Shown: positions 38,731-48,827 of the stretch, one piece after another | How positions within the stretch are numbered: position 1 is the stretch's first letter | Layout: the number at the start of each line of letters is the position of its first letter | From: an uncultured virus (IMG/VR IMGVR_UViG_3300048930_000871) | Taxonomy: Duplodnaviria > Heunggongvirae > Uroviricota > Caudoviricetes | Virus record (IMG/VR): IMGVR_UViG_3300048930_000871 | Direction: 5' to 3' (one strand) | Length of the DNA: 64,000 bases | The notes under the pieces: model-generated | What the model saw: only the letters and a program-made list of their open reading frames with translations | Told to the model about the DNA's origin: nothing | Database searches by the model: none | Translations under genes and position numbers: made by a program

Positions 38731-41700
38731 TCACGATACTCCCCGGCCGTAGCCGATTGCCTGCCAGTCGATGCTCCGGTCTACGGAGGTGCCGGCAGCG
38801 TTGAAGATTTCTACGGTGAGAGCCGTAGTCGAAACGGACTTTACCAGACGATCCCCAGATTGTCCGTTGTTGATAGTTACCGCGACTGTGGGGGGATCGA
38901 AGAACGGATACTGGAAGTCGATGTTGATACCCCCCGTGCCGGTGGACACATCGTCGCCGAACTCCCTGCGTTCAGAATGATCAACAATCAACAGGGCATG
39001 CTCCACCGAAGGCGTGAGGTCTGCTCTCCGCGATACAAGCCTGATTGCCCAATTGATCAGCCGTCCTTCAAGATCCGTATTCGCTACGGTGCCCAGCGGA
39101 ATGTACGTGTCCGGACCGCCGGCCAAGGGAATCGCGGTCGACAGTGGGTCGAACCATGGAGAATCTAGCTTCGGGGCAAACTTCTGAATGGACACCCAGA
39201 TCTGCACATTCCAGTTCCCCTTGGGGTCTGGCGTGAGAGGAAGAGCGTAGGATTTGATGGACCCACGAATGCGGAACACCCAAGAAGCAGGGTAGTCCAC
39301 TGCGGATGTCGGATAGAACCAACCCTCGGGATAGTAATTCCCGCTGGTGTCCTTCGCCAATCGTAATTCTCCGCTAACCACTTCAGTGTTTTCGAAGACG
39401 CCCGTGAAGGTCGGCCCTTCGGTCAGGCGAGTCAGCTCGTTGACATTCGGCAGCACCCCTATCTTGGTAACGGACCAGGATACGACGCCGAAGTTTCCAG
39501 AAGTGTCGAATGCGCGAATCGCGTAGGTTCCGGTCTGGCTGTGGACAGTCAGCGACGTCAGCACCGGAGACACGTTGTCCACGACCGACACCATCCGCTC
39601 CCATTCTGGAGCAGCGCCGGAGATAGGGCTATCCTCCTGTGACAGAAACCTGATCTGATAGCCTCCCAGATCAGGAATGTCCGGCGCATCCCAGATAAGC
39701 ATGGTGGTTTCGGATAGAACATTGGTGGTGAAGTTGATCTTCGGCGGCCCGGTAAGGTCCGGGTAGAATACGTCCGACACGCTGACCACGGCACCTCGCC
39801 GACCAGAAGCACTGATGGGCAGAACCTCGTAGCGAATGGTCGTACCGATCTGGCGCAGCGTGCGAGTATCGATCGTATCCCGGAAATTCGGGGTTGCCGT
39901 AGAGCCAATGTCGATACGAACATTCTCGTCTGAGTACGGAACCAGGGGGCTGTCCCCGGGATCTGGTACGATATAGGTCCGACGAATCATGTACTCCCGA
40001 ACTTCGTAGCCGGGAGGATCCCATGTAAGCGAGATCTCGTGTGTCGGAACTTTATCGGTCGTATAGACATACAGCGTGGAAGACAGAATGAGATTACTGA
40101 CACCCCCCAGCTCGCCCAGAATTCCGTTACCGTTGTTCGGAACGTATGGCGGAATAGCTCCTCCGTCGGCGGCGAAGATCCCGAGGGCTTCCTCCATGAA
40201 CTCTATCTGAGCAGAGAGATCTGGGCCAGGAGTTATCTTATCGACAATCCAGTTTCCCGTCTCAGTGGTCAGCTGACCAATCGCGATGAGATCGCCCGGC
40301 CGCATGTGCTGAGCCCAATCAGCCGAGAAGGTGAGTTTATCGGCGGCCGGAGCCTCCATGATAGATATGGAGTTCCACAGATCTCCATTGTACGCGCGAA
40401 TATCGGCGTACCACCCAGCGGGGGGAACGGGGGTGGGAAGACTCGCAATCAAATCAGTGTCGCCAAAGACAGGCAGCCTGAATCGGATAGTCGTGTCGCA
40501 TGGCTGTCCCGACGCCGGGGTTATGTTCATCATGGGGCGGGCTATCGCAGCAGTCGGAAACCCTGCGAATGAGGAAGCTAGTGTCACCCGAGTTTCGAAG
40601 GACGTATCGAGAGTGATAGCCCCTCCGGTGTTGTTGCTGACGAACGCACCACCGCTGGTCTGGGCTTGGTTTATGAGACGAACAGTCGGCGCGGCGGTGG
40701 CGAGAGCCAATTGTCGCATCTGTACCGAAGACACCACGCCTTTATCGGCGGGAAGAGGCACGGGCGACCCGAAGGCCATCGTGCATGTCCCGGTTCCGGC
40801 GGGCGCCTGGAACCGAATGTCTACGTCCCAATAGCTCCACGTCCGCTTGGTGGCTACGATCTCTTTAGTCCAGCCCGCCCAACCGACGAATACCCAGTCG
40901 TCGGGCATGACCCCGATACCGGAGCCGGTGACAACACCCAGGTCTGCTCCGACACCTTGAGGATTCGCGATTAGCTGACCCCCCTGGGCGTTCACTCGCT
41001 GAAGCAGATCAGGGTTCTTATTCTTTACGCGGACGCGAGCTCCGGAGATGCGAAACACCATGTCCAGGCTAGTGCCGGCCACAGTCGGGGTTATCTGAAT
41101 CCGCGGGTTGATTCCGACAACCACACCGAGCGTGCTGCCCAGCGTCATCTGAAAGACGTGGTTGCTGATCGAGTTATTGCTGAGATCAATGTCCGTGTCG
41201 ATGACTGTTCCGAACCCGGCGCTCAGGTCAGCATTTATCCGCTGTCCAGCCAGGTGAACGGTGATGTTGGCGCTGTTGTCGATATCCGAGATTAGATCAA
41301 TATATTGCTCGTACATGATCTTATCATCAGAGTTCACGAACACCATGCCGTTGTCGACCGGAACTGGTTGACCCGTACGGAATTGGTAGACGCCGATCAG
41401 CGTAGACGTTAGAGTCTGCGACTTGACCTGGATATCCACATAGTCCCTGCCGTCGGGCAAGACTCCTTTTCCGAGAACCGTGTGTGTGAGGCCAGAAGCA
41501 GCGAACCCGCTCGCCTGCCATCCGGGTGGCAGAGTCGTATCGGATCCAGCATTAGCCGGGCTATACGGCATGATATCTGCGCTGGTCATGGGGGGAGTCA
41601 GCGCGGGGAAATCGATTAGGCCATCGTGGGTGATGACTTGTCCGTCCACATTCCTAGCCCGAACAACGATGTTCGAGAATAGGCGATCCTGAGCAATTTT

Positions 41701-43992
41701 GACAAGATCCCCTCGTTGGCAGACCAGGTTCTCCACATCGGTAGTCAAGGTCAGCTTTTCACGACGCAGCATCGCCGCGGCGATGAAGTACCGTCCGGCA
41801 CGCCAGACTTGCCAGGGTCGAACGCATCCGGGAAACTCCATAGTCTCAAACCGAAAGGCGTTCGCTGAACTGTAGCCGTCTGCATAGACAAACAGTTCTT
41901 CTTGATTCCAGGTATTCTCCGACATGTACTTCGCGCGAATCGCGTGGGGGAAGTCCACCCAGCTCCTGGTGGCTGAAAACCCGCTGGCATTTCGGTTGGT
42001 GAACATCTGAACCGGGTTACGGACTTCTTCTTCCTCCATCACGGAGTAAAGCCCATCCCTCATCGTAGGCGCCGCCCGGCCCGCCGAGCACACCGTCTGG
42101 CACAATTCGCCTATCGTGCTGCGGAAATCGATGACCATATCGAAGGTGCATTTGGTGTCGCCCTGAGGCGCGGCCGCGTCGCAGTTATTCGCCCATTGCT
42201 GACAGCGAGTCTGATCAATCTGCGACCACGGCACCGGACGAGGGTTGGCTTCGCCAGTCAGGATATCCTGATAAATCACACCAGGATTTCTGCTGGGCAC
42301 CATCTGCCCGACACGGGCATCCCACAGGATAGAAGTCGCCAGGGCGTTAACCGCCTGGATCTGTCCGGTCACCTGCTCCGTAGCGGTGACGGCCAATTCC
42401 ATGATGGTCCGAATGGACTTCGGATAAATGGGAGCCGACCAGCGCCCCGCGCGCATGGATCCCCAGGTGATGGCATTCGATACCAGACTGCTGTTGCTGA
42501 CCGGCGTGCTGCGACGAACCATGATTCGCCACACATCTTCGTACGGCATCTGCAGGACCACAGATACGGTACGGGGGGAACGCGTCTGCCCGTGGAATTC
42601 CACATCGTACGGCGAGGGGCCAAAGGTCACCGTAAGCGGTCCGAGGATAACTCCCCCCGCGTAGGTCGTGATGGTTCCCTGCTGACCTTCGTGGCCCGGC
42701 AGAATTCCCGTATGGGTGTAGATATAGTTGACCCCGTCAGGGTTGCGATCCAGCTTCACCAGATACTGGCCGGGATTGTGAGGCGCGGGGTTGTCTATTC
42801 CCTGGACCGTGTAGTTCTGGCCAAGAAAGTTGAAGAACGCCCCGGTCGGAATGTTCAACGCTGCGGGATCTGAAGTGGTGAAGCCGGGCGGCTCCCTGTT
42901 CCAGATGTATGTTCCGAAGGATGCAACCTGAGCCTCTCCGGAAGTGTCGGTTCCTCCTTCGCCATTGAATATGGCGTACGGAGAAACATTGCTGATCGGC
43001 TGCCAGTTATTGGGATCAGAACTGGGAGCGTAAAAGACGGTGACGTGCTCGTTGCGTTGGAACGACGCTCCCTGCTGATTGTACTCGACGAGTCCTCCAG
43101 GGAATTGAAACTCCAGCACGACGGTAGAGGCGGCCTGCGGCACCGCCCGAATATTGTCTTGCAGCTGAACCAGAACAGCGTTGACCTCCATCGTCGCCTG
43201 GTCGTTGAGGTAGATGGACAAAGGCTGTCCGGCCGTGTAGTACGGATGAATGAACCACCGGGCTGTCGTAAATTCGCCGATCGGAGTATTTCCGATACGA
43301 AGATCTTCGATGAGCAATGGGCCTTGGCCGAAATCGAACAGGAGATGAAGTGTCTGGGCAGTCCCGCTGGACACGACATACGGTTCGGCTGCCAACGGCG
43401 GCGTGATACGATGACGTCCGTAGACACGGGGGACCACCCCATATGGATTCATCGTGTTCGTGGCGCCCTTGAGTCCGTAGGTGCTAGACTCGGAAGCGGC
43501 ATTCCCACCGGAGCCTGAATTTCCAAGAAGCTTCGGACCCAGCTTCCCGGGCTGCACAAGAGCCCCTAGAGCAAGGTTGCCGGCAATAGCTATGCCCGCC
43601 GTAACCAGAGCAGTCGCTACAGGGTAGGCCGCCGCCGCAGCCGTTGCTCCGAGACCAGTGAATGCGCCCACGATGGCGGGAGCAGCATACCACGCCACGA
43701 CTGCGATGGCGATAGCTGCGACAGCCAGACCAATCTGTTTTCCGGTGCTGCCGCCTCCGCCTCCGCCGCCGGACGGCCTCAGTATGACAAGAAGATTGCG
43801 CCCTTCTTTGGGCCGGGCGCTGCGCCACAGATGTTCGGGGACGTGCTGACCGTCTACCGTCACATGGGTCCAGGGGCGGAGTTCTGAATTCCAGTTGACC
43901 GCGGCCAACATCTCATCGATAGTCAAACCCTCGGGAAGGACATGCTGTTCCTGCTCGTTTGATAGGAACCGCTCCCGGGTTACGACTTCCAT
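38731..43992 (-). CDS. central tail tip / host-specificity protein J (TipI-like N-terminus)
   Basis: VPRVYGRHR, SRNP, FN3-like repeats; position after NlpC/P60; start set at ATG 43992. Confidence 0.9.
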   Translation of the reverse strand: MEVVTRERFLSNEQEQHVLPEGLTIDEMLAAVNWNSELRPWTHVTVDGQHVPEHLWRSARPKEGRNLLVILRPSGGGGGGGSTGKQIGLAVAAIAIAVVAWYAAPAIVGAFTGLGATAAAAAYPVATALVTAGIAIAGNLALGALVQPGKLGPKLLGNSGSGGNAASESSTYGLKGATNTMNPYGVVPRVYGRHRITPPLAAEPYVVSSGTAQTLHLLFDFGQGPLLIEDLRIGNTPIGEFTTARWFIHPYYTAGQPLSIYLNDQATMEVNAVLVQLQDNIRAVPQAASTVVLEFQFPGGLVEYNQQGASFQRNEHVTVFYAPSSDPNNWQPISNVSPYAIFNGEGGTDTSGEAQVASFGTYIWNREPPGFTTSDPAALNIPTGAFFNFLGQNYTVQGIDNPAPHNPGQYLVKLDRNPDGVNYIYTHTGILPGHEGQQGTITTYAGGVILGPLTVTFGPSPYDVEFHGQTRSPRTVSVVLQMPYEDVWRIMVRRSTPVSNSSLVSNAITWGSMRAGRWSAPIYPKSIRTIMELAVTATEQVTGQIQAVNALATSILWDARVGQMVPSRNPGVIYQDILTGEANPRPVPWSQIDQTRCQQWANNCDAAAPQGDTKCTFDMVIDFRSTIGELCQTVCSAGRAAPTMRDGLYSVMEEEEVRNPVQMFTNRNASGFSATRSWVDFPHAIRAKYMSENTWNQEELFVYADGYSSANAFRFETMEFPGCVRPWQVWRAGRYFIAAAMLRREKLTLTTDVENLVCQRGDLVKIAQDRLFSNIVVRARNVDGQVITHDGLIDFPALTPPMTSADIMPYSPANAGSDTTLPPGWQASGFAASGLTHTVLGKGVLPDGRDYVDIQVKSQTLTSTLIGVYQFRTGQPVPVDNGMVFVNSDDKIMYEQYIDLISDIDNSANITVHLAGQRINADLSAGFGTVIDTDIDLSNNSISNHVFQMTLGSTLGVVVGINPRIQITPTVAGTSLDMVFRISGARVRVKNKNPDLLQRVNAQGGQLIANPQGVGADLGVVTGSGIGVMPDDWVFVGWAGWTKEIVATKRTWSYWDVDIRFQAPAGTGTCTMAFGSPVPLPADKGVVSSVQMRQLALATAAPTVRLINQAQTSGGAFVSNNTGGAITLDTSFETRVTLASSFAGFPTAAIARPMMNITPASGQPCDTTIRFRLPVFGDTDLIASLPTPVPPAGWYADIRAYNGDLWNSISIMEAPAADKLTFSADWAQHMRPGDLIAIGQLTTETGNWIVDKITPGPDLSAQIEFMEEALGIFAADGGAIPPYVPNNGNGILGELGGVSNLILSSTLYVYTTDKVPTHEISLTWDPPGYEVREYMIRRTYIVPDPGDSPLVPYSDENVRIDIGSTATPNFRDTIDTRTLRQIGTTIRYEVLPISASGRRGAVVSVSDVFYPDLTGPPKINFTTNVLSETTMLIWDAPDIPDLGGYQIRFLSQEDSPISGAAPEWERMVSVVDNVSPVLTSLTVHSQTGTYAIRAFDTSGNFGVVSWSVTKIGVLPNVNELTRLTEGPTFTGVFENTEVVSGELRLAKDTSGNYYPEGWFYPTSAVDYPASWVFRIRGSIKSYALPLTPDPKGNWNVQIWVSIQKFAPKLDSPWFDPLSTAIPLAGGPDTYIPLGTVANTDLEGRLINWAIRLVSRRADLTPSVEHALLIVDHSERREFGDDVSTGTGGINIDFQYPFFDPPTVAVTINNGQSGDRLVKSVSTTALTVEIFNAAGTSVDRSIDWQAIGYGRGVS

Positions 43993-44375
43993 CTGCCGAT
44001 CCTCACGATGGCGTTCTTCCAGAACCCTTCTTCGATGGACTCCAGACAAGACATGCGACCCGATAGGGTATGAAGCATTTTACCACGCCCGGCATAGACA
44101 CCGCAATGGGTGGCTGCCTTTATCCCGAGTCTGAGAGCCAGGATATCGCCCACTTCGATGGCCTCTCGCGGGATGATTTTCCACTCCCCCCAGCGGCCTG
44201 AAATGTAGTCCTTCATGACATCGGTATCGCCCGAGTTCTCGTAGCCATCGTACCTGGGTATGAGATTGTGGAGCTCTTCGGCATGGAACAGCCACACGAG
44301 TCCCCAGCAATCACATCCCTGAAAGGTTGATCCACGATTCTCGTATGGAATCCCGATGTATGGCGAAAGATTCAT
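43980..44375 (-). CDS. NlpC/P60 tail assembly protein
   Basis: YIGIPY..GCDCWGLV..HCGVY..MLH. Confidence 0.9.
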   Translation of the reverse strand: MNLSPYIGIPYENRGSTFQGCDCWGLVWLFHAEELHNLIPRYDGYENSGDTDVMKDYISGRWGEWKIIPREAIEVGDILALRLGIKAATHCGVYAGRGKMLHTLSGRMSCLESIEEGFWKNAIVRIGRWKS

Positions 44376-44860
44376 GACGTGAACATTCCTGGATTCTGCG
44401 AGGGGTCGAAATCATACCGGGGATAGCCGAGCTGCCAAACGGAATCCACCAGCATCTTGACACGGATTTCCTGATTGGTTCCCTCGGCCTCCCGAAGGCG
44501 CAGCCAATCAGCATAGATGACGATGTTGTCAGGTTCCGAAGCCATGACCACCATGAGAGCGGCCCAGGCGGCATCCCCGGTCAGCGCCCGAAGACCCTGC
44601 CAGATACGAGTATCCACATTGTCAATGGTGATTTGGGAAGCAGAAACAGAAACATCGTTCGTATCAGGAAGGGATATGCTGAAAGGGCAGGCGATGTACG
44701 TGACCCCATTCGACACGACACTTTCGGTGTTGTTCACCAGATATATGTGTCTGTCCGGACCGTCTACTCCTGTGTCGATGTGCAGCAGGACCAGGAACAC
44801 ATCGTCGCCATTCTCGCGCTGCGATTCGCGAATAGCTTGAAGGGTAAGACCACGGGCCAT
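44372..44860 (-). CDS. minor tail protein (DUF1833-like)
   Basis: LVNNTE.V.SNG..Y.A.PF.I.LP..ITIDNV..F.P...PG.F. Confidence 0.8.
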   Translation of the reverse strand: MARGLTLQAIRESQRENGDDVFLVLLHIDTGVDGPDRHIYLVNNTESVVSNGVTYIACPFSISLPDTNDVSVSASQITIDNVDTRIWQGLRALTGDAAWAALMVVMASEPDNIVIYADWLRLREAEGTNQEIRVKMLVDSVWQLGYPRYDFDPSQNPGMFTS

Positions 44861-45216
44861 TACGAAAACACCTCCTCGAGAGTGCCGGACACTTGAATGA
44901 CCGGCTTTGTGTCTGCGCTGCCTGCGATCGCGGGGGGCTCCTTCCAGCGGACAAGAACCTGCGCCTCAGTGTACGGGTTTTTGACGTAGAAGGGTTGAGC
45001 GCCGGCCAGACAATCCTCGTTAAAGAATTGCAGCACGGCAGCCTCGTCCTCCCAATCCATCAGCCATTGAACCGTTATCTCGGTCCAGGTCTTGGTGAAC
45101 CTTCTGCGAACCTTCGGATATCCGTCATCGACTGAGCTGCGGATAAGCGAAGGGACAGGCTGCCGTGACCATGAACGCGGGCACGAGAAGGGCCATGTTG
45201 GATAGGTTTCGGACAT
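44860..45216 (-). CDS. distal tail protein (lambda M-like)
   Basis: IRSSVDDG.PK.RRRFT; directly after the tape measure gene. Confidence 0.75.
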   Translation of the reverse strand: MSETYPTWPFSCPRSWSRQPVPSLIRSSVDDGYPKVRRRFTKTWTEITVQWLMDWEDEAAVLQFFNEDCLAGAQPFYVKNPYTEAQVLVRWKEPPAIAGSADTKPVIQVSGTLEEVFS

Positions 45217-47627
45217 TAGACCCTCCCCTGGCGCTGCGCGCCGAACGACGTCCCGAGCGCATTGTCGAACCGTCCGTTAGTCATGCCGCGTTGGACAACT
45301 TGCTCGATGTAGATATCAATCTCTTTGCCGCCCAGACCATTCGTGCGTTCCTGCTGACGAGTCGTGGTGCCCTGAGCTTGATTATAGATGTTGACCACCG
45401 TCCCCCCTCCGCCGCTGACATCGGGATAGATATGGCCTGCTCCGGTTGGGGAGAACAGCTCTGGTCCGCGCTCTCCAACGATGTAGGCCGAGCCAGGGGA
45501 CACTGGACCGCCAGAAGCACGACGACCAAGATTGATTCTCCCTCCGGAGGCCGCGCTCACTCCCTGAACGATGGCCTCGAAGATAAGGAATTCCAGGATC
45601 ATCTTCTGCACGGCCTTGGCGAAATTCAAGGCCATCTCGTCGAACTTATCTTCGCCGGTGGAAACGAAATCCACAATGCTCTGGGCAAGATCGCCAGAAA
45701 ACGTCTTGGCCGCCTGCTTTCCGATATCAAGCAGCGTCTGTTCGGCTTTATCCCTCAGCTGATCGACGCTGCGAGTCGCCTGATCCATAGTGCGGGTGAC
45801 CGCGGCACCCACTTGTTCAGCAGGAACGCCGGCGGCAATCAGTCTATCTCGAAGAGTTTCGAGTTCTGTCTGCAGGCGACGAATCGCTTCTTGCGGATCT
45901 TCCCCAGACCGGTATAGCTGAGCGGCGGCAGTCTCGGCTTCGCGACGCACTGCCGTGAACAGCGTAACGATGGATTCTGTGCCGGTAGCGATACGCTGGA
46001 TGAAGAGATCGTAGTTCGATTCCACATCGTGCTGAGTAGCATCCCAGTCACGTAGCGTCCGGTTGAGACCCTCCATGCCTCGGTCGCCGGCGCGTGCGAT
46101 CTCTTCTACCTGACGCTGGCGCCGGTTGTTGAGCTGTTCAGCTTGACGCTCCTGGCGCTGTCTTTCAGCCAGTGATCGAGCAGCCGCCGCGCGGCCGGCC
46201 GCCCCAGCCTGTTCCAGTTCTCTGTTGTATGTGGTTAGAGAAGCCGCACGTTCCTCCGCGAGCTGACGATCAAGCTGTGCTTCTGCTTCACCGCCCTGCC
46301 GACGAGCAACAATACGACGAGTTGTCTCAGATGCGGTGATTGCGGTCAGGCGTTCTTGATGTTCCCGCAAAGCCTTAGCCTCGGGACGAGCTTCTTCGAG
46401 AATCAACCGACGACGCGCTGCCCATTCCGCCGCCCGCTGTTCCTGGCCCTGCTGAATTCTCCGGGCGTCTGCAGAGTATTCCTCCATAGCGCCGCGTTCT
46501 TGAATATCAGCCCGCTCACGGTTGATAGCTTCCAGCTGCTGACGGGCTTCGGCGAGCTGCTGCTCTTGCTGCGCTCTGTTCTGTCCGGGCGCGCCACCTC
46601 GTACGCCAAACGGAGTCACTTCAATCCGGCCAATCGACCGAATGCTTGTCTCTAGTTCCTGAATTGTCCGATTGGCTGCTCGAGCCTGCTCATCGAGATA
46701 GACAATTCTCGCCGCCGGCCCGGAATTCGGGTTGGCGCCCTCGATTCCCTGGGCCGTGAGCGCCGTCACCTGACCAAGGTTGTTCAGCAGTCGAGCCAGA
46801 AATTCCGTAGCTCCGATACGACGGTCGATAGCCGCGACCATCGCCAACGCGGCATCCTGCGCGACCTGCCAGCCCTGGCGAAGTGTCAGGGGGAGACCCT
46901 GAAGCTGAGCCTGTAGAGCACCCCCCGCACGGAGCAAGGCTGGGAATACACGATCAGCCGTCAGCTTTCCCTCTTCACCCATCTGGCGAAGCTGCCCAAC
47001 GGTGACCCCCAATTCACGGGCCAGCGCCTGAGCGAGCTGGGGCATGTTCTCAAGAACAGATCGCAGTTCATCACCATTCAGCCTGCCGGATGCGAGACCC
47101 TGGGACAGCTGAGTGATGGCAGCGGCTGCCTCCTGTGGCGCTTGACCAGATAGCTGGGAGAAGCCGGCCAGCGTATTGACCAGACCTAGAAGCTGCGCTC
47201 TCGTAGCGCCTAGAGAGGCGGTGGCTACCGAGAATCTTTGGAATTGGTTGACCAGGTCTTGAACAGGCTGCCCCGTACGAGCAGCGATGTTCTGGATATC
47301 GGTGAACAGACCGACCGCAGAAGCTCGCGTGGTTCCAGTGATGACCTGAAGACGACGGATGGACGAGTTCAGATCATCAACCTGAACAGCCAGATTTCCG
47401 AGTGCCTGAAGTCCCTGTAGTCCCACATAGGCCAGGACGAATGCCTTCACGCTCTTCGCCGCCTCGTCGAACGACTTAGCCATCAGGCTAGTGCTCTGTT
47501 CGATCTTTGTATTGGCGCCTTGAGCCCGGGTCTCTATCTGACCCATCCTCGTCTCAACTCGCTTCAGCGAGGCTTCGAGGCCCTCCAGCTTCGCACTAAA
47601 TGCGACGACGAGTTCGGCGGTAGCCAT
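45216..47627 (-). CDS. tail tape measure protein
   Basis: QLSQGLASGRLNGDELRSVLEN; RASGGPV..Y.VGERGPELF. Confidence 0.92.
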   Translation of the reverse strand: MATAELVVAFSAKLEGLEASLKRVETRMGQIETRAQGANTKIEQSTSLMAKSFDEAAKSVKAFVLAYVGLQGLQALGNLAVQVDDLNSSIRRLQVITGTTRASAVGLFTDIQNIAARTGQPVQDLVNQFQRFSVATASLGATRAQLLGLVNTLAGFSQLSGQAPQEAAAAITQLSQGLASGRLNGDELRSVLENMPQLAQALARELGVTVGQLRQMGEEGKLTADRVFPALLRAGGALQAQLQGLPLTLRQGWQVAQDAALAMVAAIDRRIGATEFLARLLNNLGQVTALTAQGIEGANPNSGPAARIVYLDEQARAANRTIQELETSIRSIGRIEVTPFGVRGGAPGQNRAQQEQQLAEARQQLEAINRERADIQERGAMEEYSADARRIQQGQEQRAAEWAARRRLILEEARPEAKALREHQERLTAITASETTRRIVARRQGGEAEAQLDRQLAEERAASLTTYNRELEQAGAAGRAAAARSLAERQRQERQAEQLNNRRQRQVEEIARAGDRGMEGLNRTLRDWDATQHDVESNYDLFIQRIATGTESIVTLFTAVRREAETAAAQLYRSGEDPQEAIRRLQTELETLRDRLIAAGVPAEQVGAAVTRTMDQATRSVDQLRDKAEQTLLDIGKQAAKTFSGDLAQSIVDFVSTGEDKFDEMALNFAKAVQKMILEFLIFEAIVQGVSAASGGRINLGRRASGGPVSPGSAYIVGERGPELFSPTGAGHIYPDVSGGGGTVVNIYNQAQGTTTRQQERTNGLGGKEIDIYIEQVVQRGMTNGRFDNALGTSFGAQRQGRV

Positions 47628-48238
47628 CAGAGATACTTCCTATTCAAGCGGTTTATCTCGGCCTGGATACCTCGATCGTAGGCATCACGTAGCTGAGCCC
47701 CGACCTCCCCCTGCGCATAGGAAGTTCCCTGCGCAGTAGCCTTCTCCCAGAAATGCGGGTTCTGCTTGCGTCCCCACATCATACCGCGGTTCGCACCAGC
47801 GCGAGTCTTGCGTTGACGCGTCCCTAGAACAACTAGATGAAAGTGCGCTGCCCTGGGCGCCAGCACCGTCATCTGTGCCGCCTTGCGGGACTTACGCGCC
47901 CTGCCGGGAGTGCGGCCGCTGCTCTGTCGAGTCAGCCGAGAAGACCGAGTAGAAGTCGCCCCATATGCGATGGCACGCGATATAGTGTTCGGAAACGACT
48001 TCACCCGGCGAACTCGAGATGCCCGGATAGCCCGCCACAGCCTTGCAGATTCCGGCTTGCGACGAGGCTTCCTTCTGTCTCGGGGAGCCAATCGCTTGGC
48101 TATTCTGGCTGTCCGCTGCGCTTGCTTGAACACCCAGGCGTCCATAATCTTCTTGACCACCCGCCCAGGCAGATTCTTCATCGCGCTGACGAATTCTCGC
48201 CTGCCCAGGATTACGGCGCTTCCGGTGTTCAGGGCCAT
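47627..48238 (-). CDS. HK97 gp10-like tail completion protein
   Basis: Arg-rich; LAP..L..I..HFHLVVLGT..PHFW pattern. Confidence 0.65.
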   Translation of the reverse strand: MALNTGSAVILGRREFVSAMKNLPGRVVKKIMDAWVFKQAQRTARIAKRLAPRDRRKPRRKPESARLWRAIRASRVRRVKSFPNTISRAIAYGATSTRSSRLTRQSSGRTPGRARKSRKAAQMTVLAPRAAHFHLVVLGTRQRKTRAGANRGMMWGRKQNPHFWEKATAQGTSYAQGEVGAQLRDAYDRGIQAEINRLNRKYL

Positions 48239-48573
48239 TACAGCGAACCCCCCATCTGCAGGATGAACGCCTTCATGTGAATAGCCTCGCGGTCTTCACC
48301 TTCTTGTTCGGCGTATGTCTTCTCAACACCACGTCGTATCAACATGAACGAGTCGATGTCGTACCGATGCCGCTTGGAATTGATGTTCGCCATCGTGGAC
48401 GCGATGATCGCGGCCCCCAGGTCTACCCTCTCTTCCACAAACGGCTCCATGGCGTAGAACTCCTGCCAGTCGTGATACTCAGCTAGGGAGAGTCGCTCTC
48501 CGAGTTCATCGACGGTAGTTCCCCCAATGGCAATGGCGAGCCGGTGGAGGAACCGCTCGTCACGTCCAAAGGG
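48238..48573 (-). CDS. tail assembly chaperone, -1 frameshift extension (gpT-like)
   Basis: RFLHRLAIAIG.TV.EL..RLS..EY..W..FY..EP in the -1 frame after a slippery site. Confidence 0.75.
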   Translation of the reverse strand, partial: PFGRDERFLHRLAIAIGGTTVDELGERLSLAEYHDWQEFYAMEPFVEERVDLGAAIIASTMANINSKRHRYDIDSFMLIRRGVEKTYAEQEGEDREAIHMKAFILQMGGSL

Positions 48574-48815
48574 CTCTTTCTCGGCTGGGATAGTTTCCCA
48601 ACCGCCTCCGACAGAACGTCGAACACCCGAAGTGGCAGTTCGTAGACTCGTTCGATTCCAAAGGATTTCCCCTTGTCGTCGATGAGCATGCCGGCGAGCA
48701 TGCGGTAGGCGAATTCGTCGTTGGGATGCTTCCGGGTCTCCAGATAGTCCGCAAGGCGCGGTTCCCGAAGACGGAAGATGTCCCCGTCGATATTCAGCTC
48801 CTGGACTTTCAACAC
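48483..48815 (-). CDS. tail assembly chaperone (gpG-like)
   Basis: GAGGAG RBS; follows the tail tube gene. Confidence 0.75.
   Translation of the reverse strand: MLKVQELNIDGDIFRLREPRLADYLETRKHPNDEFAYRMLAGMLIDDKGKSFGIERVYELPLRVFDVLSEAVGKLSQPRKSPLDVTSGSSTGSPLPLGELPSMNSESDSP
48567..48573 (-). other. -1 ribosomal frameshift heptamer C CCT TTG
   Basis: In correct phase (S-P-L in 0 frame, P-F-G in -1 frame). Confidence 0.75.
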
Positions 48816-48827
48816 GACGGGGACTCC

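Noticed and set aside
32645..43992. Diversity-generating retroelement or invertible tail-fibre system
   Set aside because: No reverse transcriptase, invertase or template/variable repeat pair was seen.
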